Of a DNA stretch of 64,000 nt, positions 27,651 through 35,743 are shown in pieces. Each line of letters starts with the position of its first letter. Position 1 is the stretch's first letter. The notes under the pieces are model-generated. The model was not told the origin of the DNA. It ran no database searches and saw only the letters and a list, made by a program, of their open reading frames with translations. A program made the translations under genes and the position numbers. The stretch comes from Paludibacteraceae bacterium (lineage in GTDB: Bacteria > Bacteroidota > Bacteroidia > Bacteroidales > Paludibacteraceae), in NCBI GenBank assembly GCA_905233935.1, contig CAJOFU010000002.1, positions 11,453 through 75,452 on the forward strand. Reading direction: 5' to 3'.

Positions 27651-28971
27651 GAGGCACAACAATCACCAGACGGAGAGGACGGGAATCACCGTTCTCTCTT
27701 TTGTATTGTAAAAGGATAGGATCATCGGGCTTGCGCATCTTGTAGCCGACCATCTCTGTCCATGCTGACAGTTTGTCAGCAGCTTTGCGTTTGCGCTGAA
27801 CGTTACGAACGGATTTCTGTTTGCCGTTCTTGTCTGCATCGTACGTAAACGGTTCAATCAGTCCTTTCTGTTCAGCAATAGATGTCTGCTTGGCGGTTGC
27901 TACATACAATATTGTTTCTGCATCACGGCTGCAATATTCCGCGAACCGCACTCGCTCATCGCGGCTCATACCCACGGCTATATTCTTGACTTTCTCAGGC
28001 GGATCAATCTGCATCACTTTGCGCCATAGTGTGCTCTCAATCTGCTCGGATATATAATACGGCTCTTCATCGGCCACATATATGAAATGCAACCGTTTAC
28101 CTTTGATGCGCACGTTTCGGGATAGAGGCGGTTCTTCCTCTTGAGGTTGAATCATCGGATCATCAGGCAATGTCAATGCCACACGAAATCCTATATCCCC
28201 CGCAGCTGTCTCCGGTGTGTACCAGCGACGCACGGATATATGGCAATTGGCACTACACTCATCATAGCTACCACCACGTGCTACACGAAAACTGCCTGTA
28301 TCCGCACCACAGGGATCAGGTGCTGTGCTCAACTGATATGCACCGAATCGGTCTTGACACCACTCGGATACATTGCCCGTCATGTCGTACAAGCCTAACT
28401 CGTTCGGGTGTTTGCGTCCGACCGGGTGTGACCAGTTGCCTGAGCATGAATAGATCCACCCTACACTGTCGGCCTCGTTGCCTCCGGCAAAACGATAGTG
28501 CTTGCTACGCTGACCACCACGTGCTGCATATTCCCACTCAGCTTCCGTCGGCAGACGAAACGGCAGACCGGTTATACTGTCCAACCGACGCACAAACTCC
28601 TGGCAATCATGCCATGAAGTGTAAGCAATAGGATTATTCGGATAGCCTTTTGGAGCAATCGTATCTTTCTCGGGCATAATGGCGTGCCACAATGCGTTGG
28701 TAACCTCGGTGGTAGCAATATAGAATGGCGAAAGGAATACAAGATGTGCGGGTTTGTCGGTATAGAGATCCCGATCATATTGGTCATCGGTTGCTCCCAT
28801 CATAAACGATCCGCCTTCCACACGTTGCATGCTGATATTGAGACCTTTATCACCTATCTTCACCTCTAACCGCTGCAACGAATCAAGCACAACAGGTTGA
28901 CGTCTGCGCGCTTGAATAGAGCACACAGTCACCATCAATAATGCGGATACTATAAGAATTTTCCGAAACAA
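27643..28971 (-). CDS. Formylglycine-generating-enzyme (SUMF1/FGE-sulfatase) domain protein with ~160-aa C-terminal extension
   Basis: TTG start with signal (FRKILIVSALLMVTVCS). Motifs GGSFMMGA, PAHLVFLSPFYIATTEVTNALW, RLPTEAEWEYAARGG, RVARGGSY. Confidence 0.75.
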   Translation of the reverse strand: MFRKILIVSALLMVTVCSIQARRRQPVVLDSLQRLEVKIGDKGLNISMQRVEGGSFMMGATDDQYDRDLYTDKPAHLVFLSPFYIATTEVTNALWHAIMPEKDTIAPKGYPNNPIAYTSWHDCQEFVRRLDSITGLPFRLPTEAEWEYAARGGQRSKHYRFAGGNEADSVGWIYSCSGNWSHPVGRKHPNELGLYDMTGNVSEWCQDRFGAYQLSTAPDPCGADTGSFRVARGGSYDECSANCHISVRRWYTPETAAGDIGFRVALTLPDDPMIQPQEEEPPLSRNVRIKGKRLHFIYVADEEPYYISEQIESTLWRKVMQIDPPEKVKNIAVGMSRDERVRFAEYCSRDAETILYVATAKQTSIAEQKGLIEPFTYDADKNGKQKSVRNVQRKRKAADKLSAWTEMVGYKMRKPDDPILLQYKRENGDSRPLRLVIVVPQQ

Positions 28972-29934
28972 TTACCTGTCCTCGCAGTTACATTTAGCAG
29001 GATCGAGGTAGGTGAGCGTGAAGCCGACCTTGACGCCTACAGACAACGGATTGAGTGCCTCGACGAACTTCGAGTTGATGACTCCGGAATAGGTGAATTG
29101 TTTGGTTCGGGAATTAAATGTCACCAACTCGGGACGATTGCCGGCATCATCAGTAGTCGGACGAACGGTGTTGATGCAGGTATAATTGAAATAGATACCT
29201 GCATACAGACCATAACGTTTGGTGAACTGATAGTGCATGCCAAAGTCGCCAAACACAAACATACTTACTGGGAATATATTGTCAATCTTGCCATTATAGC
29301 CACCCATATAGTAATTGCTGAAGCCGTGTTGTGGCAGATCAGGATCGAAATGCAGATTGTAGTCAGGGTAATCAGCAGTCGTCTCCAATTGTCCTGTGGC
29401 ACGGTAATGCGATCCGGCAATGATGTTCATGCCCAAACCAACCGTTCCGCGTAACTGGATAGGATCGGTTACGTTCACACGTCCGGTTATACCTGCTGGA
29501 ACAGTAACCATATACAACTGCTCGCTCTCCTTGAAGTCCTTGTACTCGCTGTTGAGCCAATAGTTCATCTTGTTGTAATTATCCCACAGCCATACACGAT
29601 CGGTAAAGTGACCGTTAAAGCTGCCTGTGTACATATCGAATCCGACACCGGCTGTAACACCAACATACTTATGGAAATAGAACGTGTAAGTAGCCTGTAC
29701 TTGTGCACCGCCGCCTACGCTTTTGCCTAAACCGATAGTATTCTTGGCATCCTCGGTCAATTTAGGCATCAATGTGTGCAAACCGCCGCCAACTGAAAAC
29801 GTAAGAACATGAGTAGGCACATAGTCAGAATTTACCACATATGTGGTATGCAAGGTATCCATACTGCCCGCAAAGACGCGCGAAACACTGATTACCAACA
29901 AGGTAAGCAATAATATGAGTATTCTCTTTGGCAT
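28972..29934 (-). CDS. Outer-membrane beta-barrel protein
   Basis: ATG at 29934 (MPKRILILLLTLLVISVSRVFA); alternating aromatic/Gly strands. Its stop codon abuts the FGE gene start (TAATTG). Confidence 0.65.
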   Translation of the reverse strand: MPKRILILLLTLLVISVSRVFAGSMDTLHTTYVVNSDYVPTHVLTFSVGGGLHTLMPKLTEDAKNTIGLGKSVGGGAQVQATYTFYFHKYVGVTAGVGFDMYTGSFNGHFTDRVWLWDNYNKMNYWLNSEYKDFKESEQLYMVTVPAGITGRVNVTDPIQLRGTVGLGMNIIAGSHYRATGQLETTADYPDYNLHFDPDLPQHGFSNYYMGGYNGKIDNIFPVSMFVFGDFGMHYQFTKRYGLYAGIYFNYTCINTVRPTTDDAGNRPELVTFNSRTKQFTYSGVINSKFVEALNPLSVGVKVGFTLTYLDPAKCNCEDR

Positions 29935-29953
29935 TGTAACACAATATCGCTTG

Positions 29954-29985
29954 CAAAGATACAAAAAATATTTGATATTTGCAAG
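29954..29985 (-). promoter_or_regulatory. Promoter module copy a (TTGCAAATATCAAATATTTTTTGTA core)
   Basis: Minus strand: cTTGcaaatatcaaatattttttgTATCTTTGcaagcg. Confidence 0.65.
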
Positions 29986-30024
29986 AGTAAAGTGATTTTT
30001 TTTATACAAATAGTGTTTTTTTTG

Positions 30025-30696
30025 TCATTTTGTAGCCAATTCTTTCCAACGGAGCATTCCATAAACACAGTTAGCACACCAAAAACTGTACTGCATAACC
30101 ATGTTCCAGTTGCCTGCAACGATCCACATCGCAACAAACAACACATCCACCAGCAGCCACAACCACCATTGTTGACGTATAGCCATGATCAACAGGATCT
30201 GTGCAGCAACGGAATACGTCGTTGTTATGGCGTCCATATACGGCTGTGTATCATCGGTATATTGCTGCAGCATCCACCCTACACCAACCGACACAACTGC
30301 CACCGCACCGCAAAGTACCAAAAACTGCGCAATTGGCATCGAACGCGGTGCTATAATCGCCGAGTTGTCCGTTCGCAGCTTGCGCCACTCGTAGATGCCG
30401 TAGATCTGTGTGACAAAATAGAACGCATTCATCGCTATTCCCGCATAGAATCGCTCCATCCAACACAGAATGGCGTAGGTAATGATCTGCCCGAAACCAA
30501 ACGCAAATGTCCATATATTTCCCTGCGAACAAAGGATAACTGCCGTGATGCCCAAAAGTCCGCTTACCAGTGACAGCCAATGCGTCGGTGCAAAGCAAAA
30601 CACCAACACCTGAACCACCAAACCGGTTACAAGGAATATGACATCAAAACGCTTGGTCACAATACTTCTATTTGGTAGCCTTCCTCTTGCAGCCAC
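30025..30696 (-). CDS. pnuC: Nicotinamide riboside transporter PnuC family
   Basis: Seven-TM pattern with a W-rich C-terminal motif (WWLWLLVD...AGNWNMVMQYSFW). The start is uncertain: GTG at 30696, or GTG at 30660 overlapping the upstream TGA (GTGA). Confidence 0.7.
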   Translation of the reverse strand: MAARGRLPNRSIVTKRFDVIFLVTGLVVQVLVFCFAPTHWLSLVSGLLGITAVILCSQGNIWTFAFGFGQIITYAILCWMERFYAGIAMNAFYFVTQIYGIYEWRKLRTDNSAIIAPRSMPIAQFLVLCGAVAVVSVGVGWMLQQYTDDTQPYMDAITTTYSVAAQILLIMAIRQQWWLWLLVDVLFVAMWIVAGNWNMVMQYSFWCANCVYGMLRWKELATK

Positions 30697-31334
30697 TCTA
30701 TTACCTTTGGCAGAACTTCTATTGTCCGCTGCCCGGACTTGACAGAATCGTGAAAATTGATGATACTACCGTCACGGGTATATCGTTGTACGATGCTAAG
30801 CATTTTCTCCGGTGAGTAATGTGCGTTATAATCGTGCGTGAGCACATCCCACAGCACAATCTTGTACCCGCGCTCAAGGATTGCCCTCTTCTGTCTGCCG
30901 GTCATTTTCCCGTACGGTGGCCGGAACAATCTGACTTCTGACTTCTGATCTCTGACATCTGAATTCTGACTTCTGAATCCTGAATTCTGAATTCTAATCG
31001 CCTCCTCACACGCTTCTACCTCACGCAAGTATTCATCCAGGCTGCACTTACTGCCCTTCACATGATGATAGGTGTGGTTCCCTACCCTGTGACCTTCTTC
31101 CACTACGCGCGCATATATGTGCGCGTACTTTTCTATATTCTCGCCCACCACAAAGAATGTGGCTTTCACATTGTACTGTTTCAGCACATCCAGTATAGCC
31201 GGAGTGACTTCGGGAATAGACCCGTCATCAAAGGTCAGATACACTACACGTCTATCGGGCATTACCTGTCGCCAGGTAACGCCACGATAGAGTTGTTGTA
31301 TCCAAGTCGGAAACTGATAGAGCAGTCTTATCAC
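30657..31334 (-). CDS. Polysaccharide deacetylase (CE4) family protein with repeat-encoded insert
   Basis: Motifs VYLTFDDG, ATFFVVG, GHRVGNHTYHH, LFRPPYG. Confidence 0.85.
   Translation of the reverse strand: MIRLLYQFPTWIQQLYRGVTWRQVMPDRRVVYLTFDDGSIPEVTPAILDVLKQYNVKATFFVVGENIEKYAHIYARVVEEGHRVGNHTYHHVKGSKCSLDEYLREVEACEEAIRIQNSGFRSQNSDVRDQKSEVRLFRPPYGKMTGRQKRAILERGYKIVLWDVLTHDYNAHYSPEKMLSIVQRYTRDGSIINFHDSVKSGQRTIEVLPKVIEWLQEEGYQIEVL
30931..30993. repeat. Period-7 micro-tandem array inside the CE4 CDS (9 units, 63 bp)
   Basis: ctgactt ctgactt ctgatct ctgacat ctgaatt ctgactt ctgaatc ctgaatt ctgaatt; encodes IRIQNSGFRSQNSDVRDQKSEV. Confidence 0.85.
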
Positions 31335-32308
31335 GCGCGCATAGGTGCTTGCGCCTCTACGTCCCAGGCAAGCGAGCTGGCACCGAGGATAGCGGCATCA
31401 GAGTCTTTCAGGGTCGAGATGAGCAGTTTGACTTTGTTTTTCCACAAAGGCATAACGTTGTCGTTCAGTGCTTTCTCGATCGGATCCATAATCCAGTGAC
31501 CGGATTTGGTCAAACCGCCAAACAGGATGATAGCCTCAGGAGCAGAGAATGCAACAAAGTCAGCCAGTTTCTTGCCGAGCATCTCACCCGTGAAGTCGAA
31601 GATCTCTTTGGCTACTTCGTCACCTGCCTCGGCAGCTTTGAATACGTCGTAGGAAGTGATGTTCTCGAGCTTGCGCAGCGATGTCTCTTTCGTTGAGTTC
31701 TCAATGATCTCTTTAGCCGAACGAGCTACACCGGTAGCCGAAGCGTACGCCTCAATACATCCGCGCTGACCACAACCGCACTGACGACCTTCCGGCCCGT
31801 GAACGATCTTCGTGTGACCAAGCTCACCGGCAAAACCGTCGTGACCATACACGATCTTTCCGTCAATCACGATACCCGAACCAACGCCTGTACCCAATGT
31901 GATCTCGATGAAGTTTTTCATTCCGCGAGCAGCACCGTAGGTCATCTCACCCATTGCAGCTGCATTGGCATCGTTGGTGATGCGGCAAGGAATACCCAAA
32001 CGCTCACTGATCAGTTTGGCAAACGGCACAACGCCCTTCCACGGCAGGTTCGGAGCATTCTCGATGCAGCCGGTGTAATAGTTGCCGTTAGGTGTACCTG
32101 CACCTACACCGCGAACGTTCTCAATACCGCCGAAAGCGTCAACGATCTTCTTCAGCTCGGCACACAGTGCATCGCAATAGTCGTTGATGTCGGGATAATC
32201 CGGTGTCTTGATTGATGATGATTGAAGTACATTACCACGGGCATCTACAATACCGAACTTTGTGCCGGTTCCGCCCATGTCGATTCCAAGAACATAAGGT
32301 TTTTCCAT
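31331..32308 (-). CDS. glk: ROK family glucokinase
   Basis: GIDMGGTGTKFGIV, DANAAAMGE, and GHTKI...CGCGQRGCIEAYAS motifs. Confidence 0.85.
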   Translation of the reverse strand: MEKPYVLGIDMGGTGTKFGIVDARGNVLQSSSIKTPDYPDINDYCDALCAELKKIVDAFGGIENVRGVGAGTPNGNYYTGCIENAPNLPWKGVVPFAKLISERLGIPCRITNDANAAAMGEMTYGAARGMKNFIEITLGTGVGSGIVIDGKIVYGHDGFAGELGHTKIVHGPEGRQCGCGQRGCIEAYASATGVARSAKEIIENSTKETSLRKLENITSYDVFKAAEAGDEVAKEIFDFTGEMLGKKLADFVAFSAPEAIILFGGLTKSGHWIMDPIEKALNDNVMPLWKNKVKLLISTLKDSDAAILGASSLAWDVEAQAPMRA

Positions 32309-32396
32309 AATAAAACTATTTATAGGTTAATTGTTTGCAAGTTTGTTTGCACGGTTGCTTGCGTGTGAATGTTTACGCAAATACACAATGCGACTA

Positions 32397-32428
32397 CAAA
32401 GATACAAAAAAAAATGCAAATATGCAAA
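32397..32428 (-). promoter_or_regulatory. Bacteroidota-type promoter for glk-CE4-pnuC
   Basis: Minus strand: TTTG (32425-32428), 20 nt, TATCTTTG (32397-32404). Confidence 0.6.
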
Positions 32429-32501
32429 TTTATGAATGATTTTTTATCAAGAAATTGTATTTTGTCGCCAACTTACGGATTTTTGTGCCTGTAAACACAA
32501 C

Positions 32502-32528
32502 AAAAGTCTGGCGATAGACCAGACTTTT
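32502..32528 (-). terminator. Hairpin terminator after tRNA-Ala
   Basis: 10-bp stem aaaagtctgg/ccagactttt with a 7-nt loop, immediately 3' of tRNA-Ala on the minus strand. Confidence 0.6.
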
Positions 32529-32533
32529 GCTTG

Positions 32534-32607
32534 TGGAGTATAGCGGACTCGAACCGCTCACCTCGACACTGCCAGTGTCGCGCTCTAGCCAGATGAGCTA
32601 ATACCCC
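32534..32607 (-). tRNA. tRNA-Ala (anticodon GGC)
   Basis: Hand-folded: acceptor GGGGTAT/ATACTCC with G3:U70; anticodon stem CGACA/TGTCG, loop CTGGCAG; T arm AGCGG-TTCGAGT-CCGCT. Confidence 0.9.
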
Positions 32608-32754
32608 TCGCGTTCGGCAAATTGCGCTTCCGGATGTCGCGTTGCGTCATAAAAGCGCGCAATTGCCTCCGCTTTTCCGATTTCGAAAGAAAACTTTCTC
32701 ATCGGGGCTGCAACCTTTCGGTTGCGGAAATCGTGGCTCGCCACGTGTTTCTTG

Positions 32755-32829
32755 TCGGGATAGCGAGATTCGAACTCACGACCTCCTGCTCCCAAAGCAG
32801 GCATTCTAACCGGGCTGAACTATATCCCG
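32755..32829 (-). tRNA. tRNA-Pro (anticodon TGG)
   Basis: Hand-folded: acceptor CGGGATA/TATCCCG; anticodon stem CCTGC/GCAGG, loop TTTGGGA (G37); T arm GTGAG-TTCGAAT-CTCGC. Confidence 0.9.
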
Positions 32830-32867
32830 CTCGCTTCGGCAGATTGATTTTCGGTCGAAAGCGGCTG

Positions 32868-32899
32868 CAAAGGTACAATAATTATTGCATATTTCCAAA
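32868..32899 (-). promoter_or_regulatory. Bacteroidota-type promoter for the tRNA-Pro/tRNA-Ala unit
   Basis: Minus strand: TTTG (32896-32899), 20 nt, TACCTTTG (32868-32875). Confidence 0.7.
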
Positions 32900-32977
32900 T
32901 TTCCCTGTCATATTTTTGCGCTTTTTGTCAAAAATCTTCAATTTTTGTACGTTGACATGTCACTTAACGCAAATTTA

Positions 32978-33009
32978 TTTGCAAATATCAAATATTTTTT
33001 GTATCTTTG
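32978..33009 (+). promoter_or_regulatory. Promoter module copy b (TTGCAAATATCAAATATTTTTTGTA core)
   Basis: TTTG at 32978-32981, 20 nt, TATCTTTG at 33002-33009. Confidence 0.7.
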
Positions 33010-33036
33010 CACGTTCAATTGTTTGAGCAGAGAAAT

Positions 33037-33498
33037 ATGACCACATTATCACATAGCGAGAAAGAAAAGATCATGGCAGACATGAAGTCATTTGACGAGC
33101 CAATGCCTGCTGTAGGAATCTTCTGGTACGATCCGGAGGAACACGATTTCTTTGGTGTTTATAAGAAAGAACTGACACCCAAGATGGTTGAGGACGCCGC
33201 AGACAAAGGTTTGCCATTCATCAACTATCAGACATTACATCGTCAGATTTGGCAAAAGCAATATTTCCGTGCTCTTGCAAAACACGAGCCAACAAAGTTC
33301 AGTGGCGACTATACGCAAGTACCGCGTGGGCGCGTTGCGTGGAATATTGATAAGTTCATCGTCTTTGTCGGTCAATGGGCAAAGGATATTGAGGACGAAC
33401 TGACCGAATTGATTGAGAAGTATTTCGCCCTGCCATATTTTGAGTTCCGTTACGATGAGCATTGGGACTTAGGTCATGGCTGGTCAGGGGATTTGTAA
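33037..33498 (+). CDS. Hypothetical cytoplasmic protein (orphan ORF-A, 153 aa)
   Basis: ATG at 33037, downstream of a canonical promoter; no signal peptide and no motif I can place (GIFWYDPEEHDFFGV ... VPRGRVAWN ... FEFRYDEHWDLGHGW). Confidence 0.6.
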   Translation: MTTLSHSEKEKIMADMKSFDEPMPAVGIFWYDPEEHDFFGVYKKELTPKMVEDAADKGLPFINYQTLHRQIWQKQYFRALAKHEPTKFSGDYTQVPRGRVAWNIDKFIVFVGQWAKDIEDELTELIEKYFALPYFEFRYDEHWDLGHGWSGDL

Positions 33499-33823
33499 AA
33501 TCGACGTTTGCCGACTAAAAAAGCAAGATTGCTGACCTCAGCAGCATAAAAAAGTGAGGACATAATAAAATACGAAGCGTTAGCTTTATTTGAGGATTCA
33601 TTCATTTCTCGACAACTTGAATAACTACTATCCGAAGATAATGCGAAACGCTCACGTTGATACGTGAGCTTTCTGCATATATTGGAAGTAGTGGGAGTCG
33701 AGACCCGAATGAACCAATAGCAGTTGGCTCACGTTTTTCCGTGAACTAAAATAAAATAAACAACTATAATAAATAATTAATTAAAACCGACGGGGCGATG
33801 GGATATAACCGCCACGAATTGTT

Positions 33824-34480
33824 ATGAAAAAATCTATCTTTATTCTTGCAGCACTACTTGCGGCTACATTTGCTAATGCGCAGATTACGTTGGAGCACAC
33901 GATAACGGTTCCATTGGATGAATATCATATATCTTTCCCTAATCTAGATGGTCATGAAAGCACGGGATTTAATCTTATTGGGGATATTATGGAATTTAGG
34001 AGCAGAACAAGTGGTGAGATGTCTATTCTTGACCTTCATACGTATTCTACAACTGTTCTGCCTAAAATCGCAAATGGAGAAATATGGTATATAGCAAAGA
34101 ACTATTTTACCTTAGATAATAGAATTTGTTTTATCGTTTGGACATCTAATGAGTCACTCTCAGAAACGGATAACCACGAACATCTCTATTTGTATGATCA
34201 AAATGGCGTGCTAATACAAGATTTAGGTTCTGGCAGATGGTGCAATTGCGGTCTTTTTCCATTAATTAACGGTCAATATATGTTCTATTTAGGAAGGAGC
34301 CATATGAATGGAACAACAGATATCGAATTATATTCTCTCCCTGGTAACGGTGAAGCTACTGACGTAGATGAAGTTTCTGTTCCGCAGCGTAATATTGCAC
34401 GCAAGTATATCAATAATGACCAAGTGCTGATAGACAGCAACGAAAGAACCTATACCATTCAAGGGCAAGAAGTAAAATAG
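33824..34480 (+). CDS. Hypothetical secreted protein (orphan ORF-B, 218 aa), visibly AT-rich
   Basis: Signal peptide MKKSIFILAALLAATFANAQ; followed by a strong terminator; no recognisable domain. Confidence 0.6.
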   Translation: MKKSIFILAALLAATFANAQITLEHTITVPLDEYHISFPNLDGHESTGFNLIGDIMEFRSRTSGEMSILDLHTYSTTVLPKIANGEIWYIAKNYFTLDNRICFIVWTSNESLSETDNHEHLYLYDQNGVLIQDLGSGRWCNCGLFPLINGQYMFYLGRSHMNGTTDIELYSLPGNGEATDVDEVSVPQRNIARKYINNDQVLIDSNERTYTIQGQEVK

Positions 34481-34501
34481 TAATGCCTGTTATGGTTGTA
34501 A

Positions 34502-34542
34502 AATAGTATCAGCGGCAATGGTTGCTGATACTATTTTTTTGT
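34502..34542 (+). terminator. Rho-independent terminator after ORF-B
   Basis: 12-bp stem aatagtatcagc/gctgatactatt, 10-nt loop, then TTTTTTT. Confidence 0.8.
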
Positions 34543-34558
34543 ATTCTTGCTGAAAATA

Positions 34559-34734
34559 AATGACTTATGCAAATACCACTTCGGATATTTCGAGAAAATC
34601 GGAAGTAGCACTTCGGATATTTCAGAAAAATCCGACGCAAAAGTACATGACAAATGACTTATGCAATTAATCTGAGAAAAATCCTAAATCCCCCACGATT
34701 TTTTTGGCGTTTTACCTAAATTCCCCGCGATTTT
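34559..34734 (+). repeat. Three pairs of short direct repeats in a non-coding stretch
   Basis: aatgacttatgcaa at 34559 and 34653; cacttcggatatttc(g)agaaaaatc(g/c)ga at 34577 and 34609; cctaaat(c/t)cccc(a/g)cgatttt at 34683 and 34715. Confidence 0.7.
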
Positions 34735-34873
34735 CATACATTATGAGATTTATTGATCGCCCATTTGACTCTCGGTCGGCTTGGCTCCCCGCCAGCCTTC
34801 CCTTTTCGGATTGCCAAGTCAAGGCAATCCTCCAGGTCGATGCATTAGGATGAGAGAAAAAAATGCAAAATTA

Positions 34874-34905
34874 TTTGCAAATATCAAATATTTTTTGTAA
34901 TTTTG
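34874..34905 (+). promoter_or_regulatory. Promoter module copy c (TTGCAAATATCAAATATTTTTTGTA core)
   Basis: TTTG at 34874-34877, 20 nt, TAATTTTG at 34898-34905; about 250 nt upstream of ORF-C. Confidence 0.65.
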
Positions 34906-34996
34906 CATGTTTTTACAATTAGTTAACATTTTCGTGGAATCTGAGTACTGACAGAATAAGGACAGTATAATATGATAATAGGATAATAAGGCGAAG

Positions 34997-35040
34997 AACT
35001 AAATATGAACTAAAGAACAACTAAAGAAGAACTAAAGATT
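34997..35040 (+). repeat. 4 x 11-bp tandem repeat in the ORF-C leader
   Basis: aactaaa(g/t) recurs at 34997, 35008, 35019 and 35030. Confidence 0.75.
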
Positions 35041-35067
35041 AACCAATAAAAATATCGAGTTTAGGAT

Positions 35068-35112
35068 GGGGAATAAACATAAGACAGACGGGGGATAAAC
35101 ATAAGACAGACA
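35068..35112 (+). repeat. 2 x ~23-bp tandem repeat in the ORF-C leader
   Basis: ggggaataaacataagacagacg / ggggataaacataagacagaca. Confidence 0.8.
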
Positions 35113-35149
35113 GGAAAATGACAACAATAATTTGATAAAAACACAAAAA

Positions 35150-35155
35150 AGGAGG
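35150..35155 (+). promoter_or_regulatory. Strong Shine-Dalgarno (AGGAGG) 5 nt upstream of the ORF-C ATG
   Basis: aaaaaAGGAGGaaaaaATG. It is the only such SD I see in front of any gene in this window. Confidence 0.7.
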
Positions 35156-35160
35156 AAAAA

Positions 35161-35583
35161 ATGGCAAGAGCGGAACTAAGTGTGGGCATTGACAGCCTGA
35201 GTGGAAAACTGGCAAAGAAGTCAGGAATGCAGATGCGATTCAAGAGATTTAAAGACGACACAGGACATGTGATCGGTGTGGGGCCACAGGAGTTCTTTCA
35301 CAGGAACAAACGGGACTACAAACAAAGTCCGAGGACGGCTGCGGAACAAGCGCAAGCGGAGATCTGGAAAGAGGTGTGTAGAGAGGCAAGCGCAATCATC
35401 AAGAACACAGAGCACCCGAGGTATGCAGAGCTGCGAGCACGATGGAATGCGCAATTCAATGGCGGGTGTGACGCGTTTTTGAATGAGGGACGGAAGGAGA
35501 AGGTTGTGTACGGGATGTTTCCTGTGTTTGTCAGGATGGTGCTGTTGAAGGAGAAGAAAATGGCGTTGGAAGCAGGTGAATAA
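35161..35583 (+). CDS. Hypothetical basic protein (orphan ORF-C, 140 aa), purine-rich coding strand
   Basis: Preceded by a promoter, long leader and SD. K/R/E-rich with frequent AGA/AGG/CGG Arg codons. The antisense ORF 35221..35697 looks like a shadow. Confidence 0.6.
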   Translation: MARAELSVGIDSLSGKLAKKSGMQMRFKRFKDDTGHVIGVGPQEFFHRNKRDYKQSPRTAAEQAQAEIWKEVCREASAIIKNTEHPRYAELRARWNAQFNGGCDAFLNEGRKEKVVYGMFPVFVRMVLLKEKKMALEAGE

Positions 35584-35591
35584 GGAGCGTG

Positions 35592-35687
35592 CCCGGATAA
35601 CATCCGGGATAATAGACGACGCTGAATGATGCCGGATACTATCCGGCGAAATGAACGAAGCGGAAGATATGCCGGAAAGAATTCGGT
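35592..35687 (+). repeat. Three stem-loops spaced ~40 nt apart downstream of ORF-C
   Basis: cccggat-aac-atccggg (35592-35608); gccggat-act-atccggc (35631-35647); degenerate gccggaa-aga-attcggt (35671-35687). Flanks are similar (..atg..gaa). Confidence 0.7.
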
Positions 35688-35743
35688 AAAATGCCATATT
35701 TGATTAAAAATCCAACAATCTCACAAGAATTTTTGCAAATAAA

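Noticed and set aside
27643-28971. FGE-domain protein as the T9SS component PorK/GldK
   Set aside because: There are no porL/M/N (gldL/M/N) genes adjacent, and the C-terminal region is different. I kept it as a generic FGE/SUMF1-domain protein.
32598-33026. ORFs 32598..32804 (-) and 32622..33026 (+)
   Set aside because: They run through tRNA-Ala, tRNA-Pro and their promoter region, so they are not coding.
33499-33823. Possible tRNA fragment (gggagtcgagaccc) or small RNA between ORF-A and ORF-B
   Set aside because: Its resemblance to a T arm is weak and no acceptor or anticodon arms can be folded. Only generic hairpins are present (for example gctcacg/cgtgagc at 33651-33670). It is left as unexplained non-coding DNA under the island finding.
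34743-34853. 36-aa ATG ORF (MRFIDRPFDSRSAWLPASLPFSDCQVKAILQVDALG) in the non-coding stretch
   Set aside because: It is very short, has no promoter or start context, and overlaps the GC-rich hairpins. It is more likely structural RNA/DNA or chance.
35221-35697. 158-aa minus-strand ORF overlapping ORF-C
   Set aside because: It has no promoter or start context and an S/L/R/H-rich composition. The plus-strand ORF has a promoter, SD and plausible composition. ORF-C itself remains unverified.
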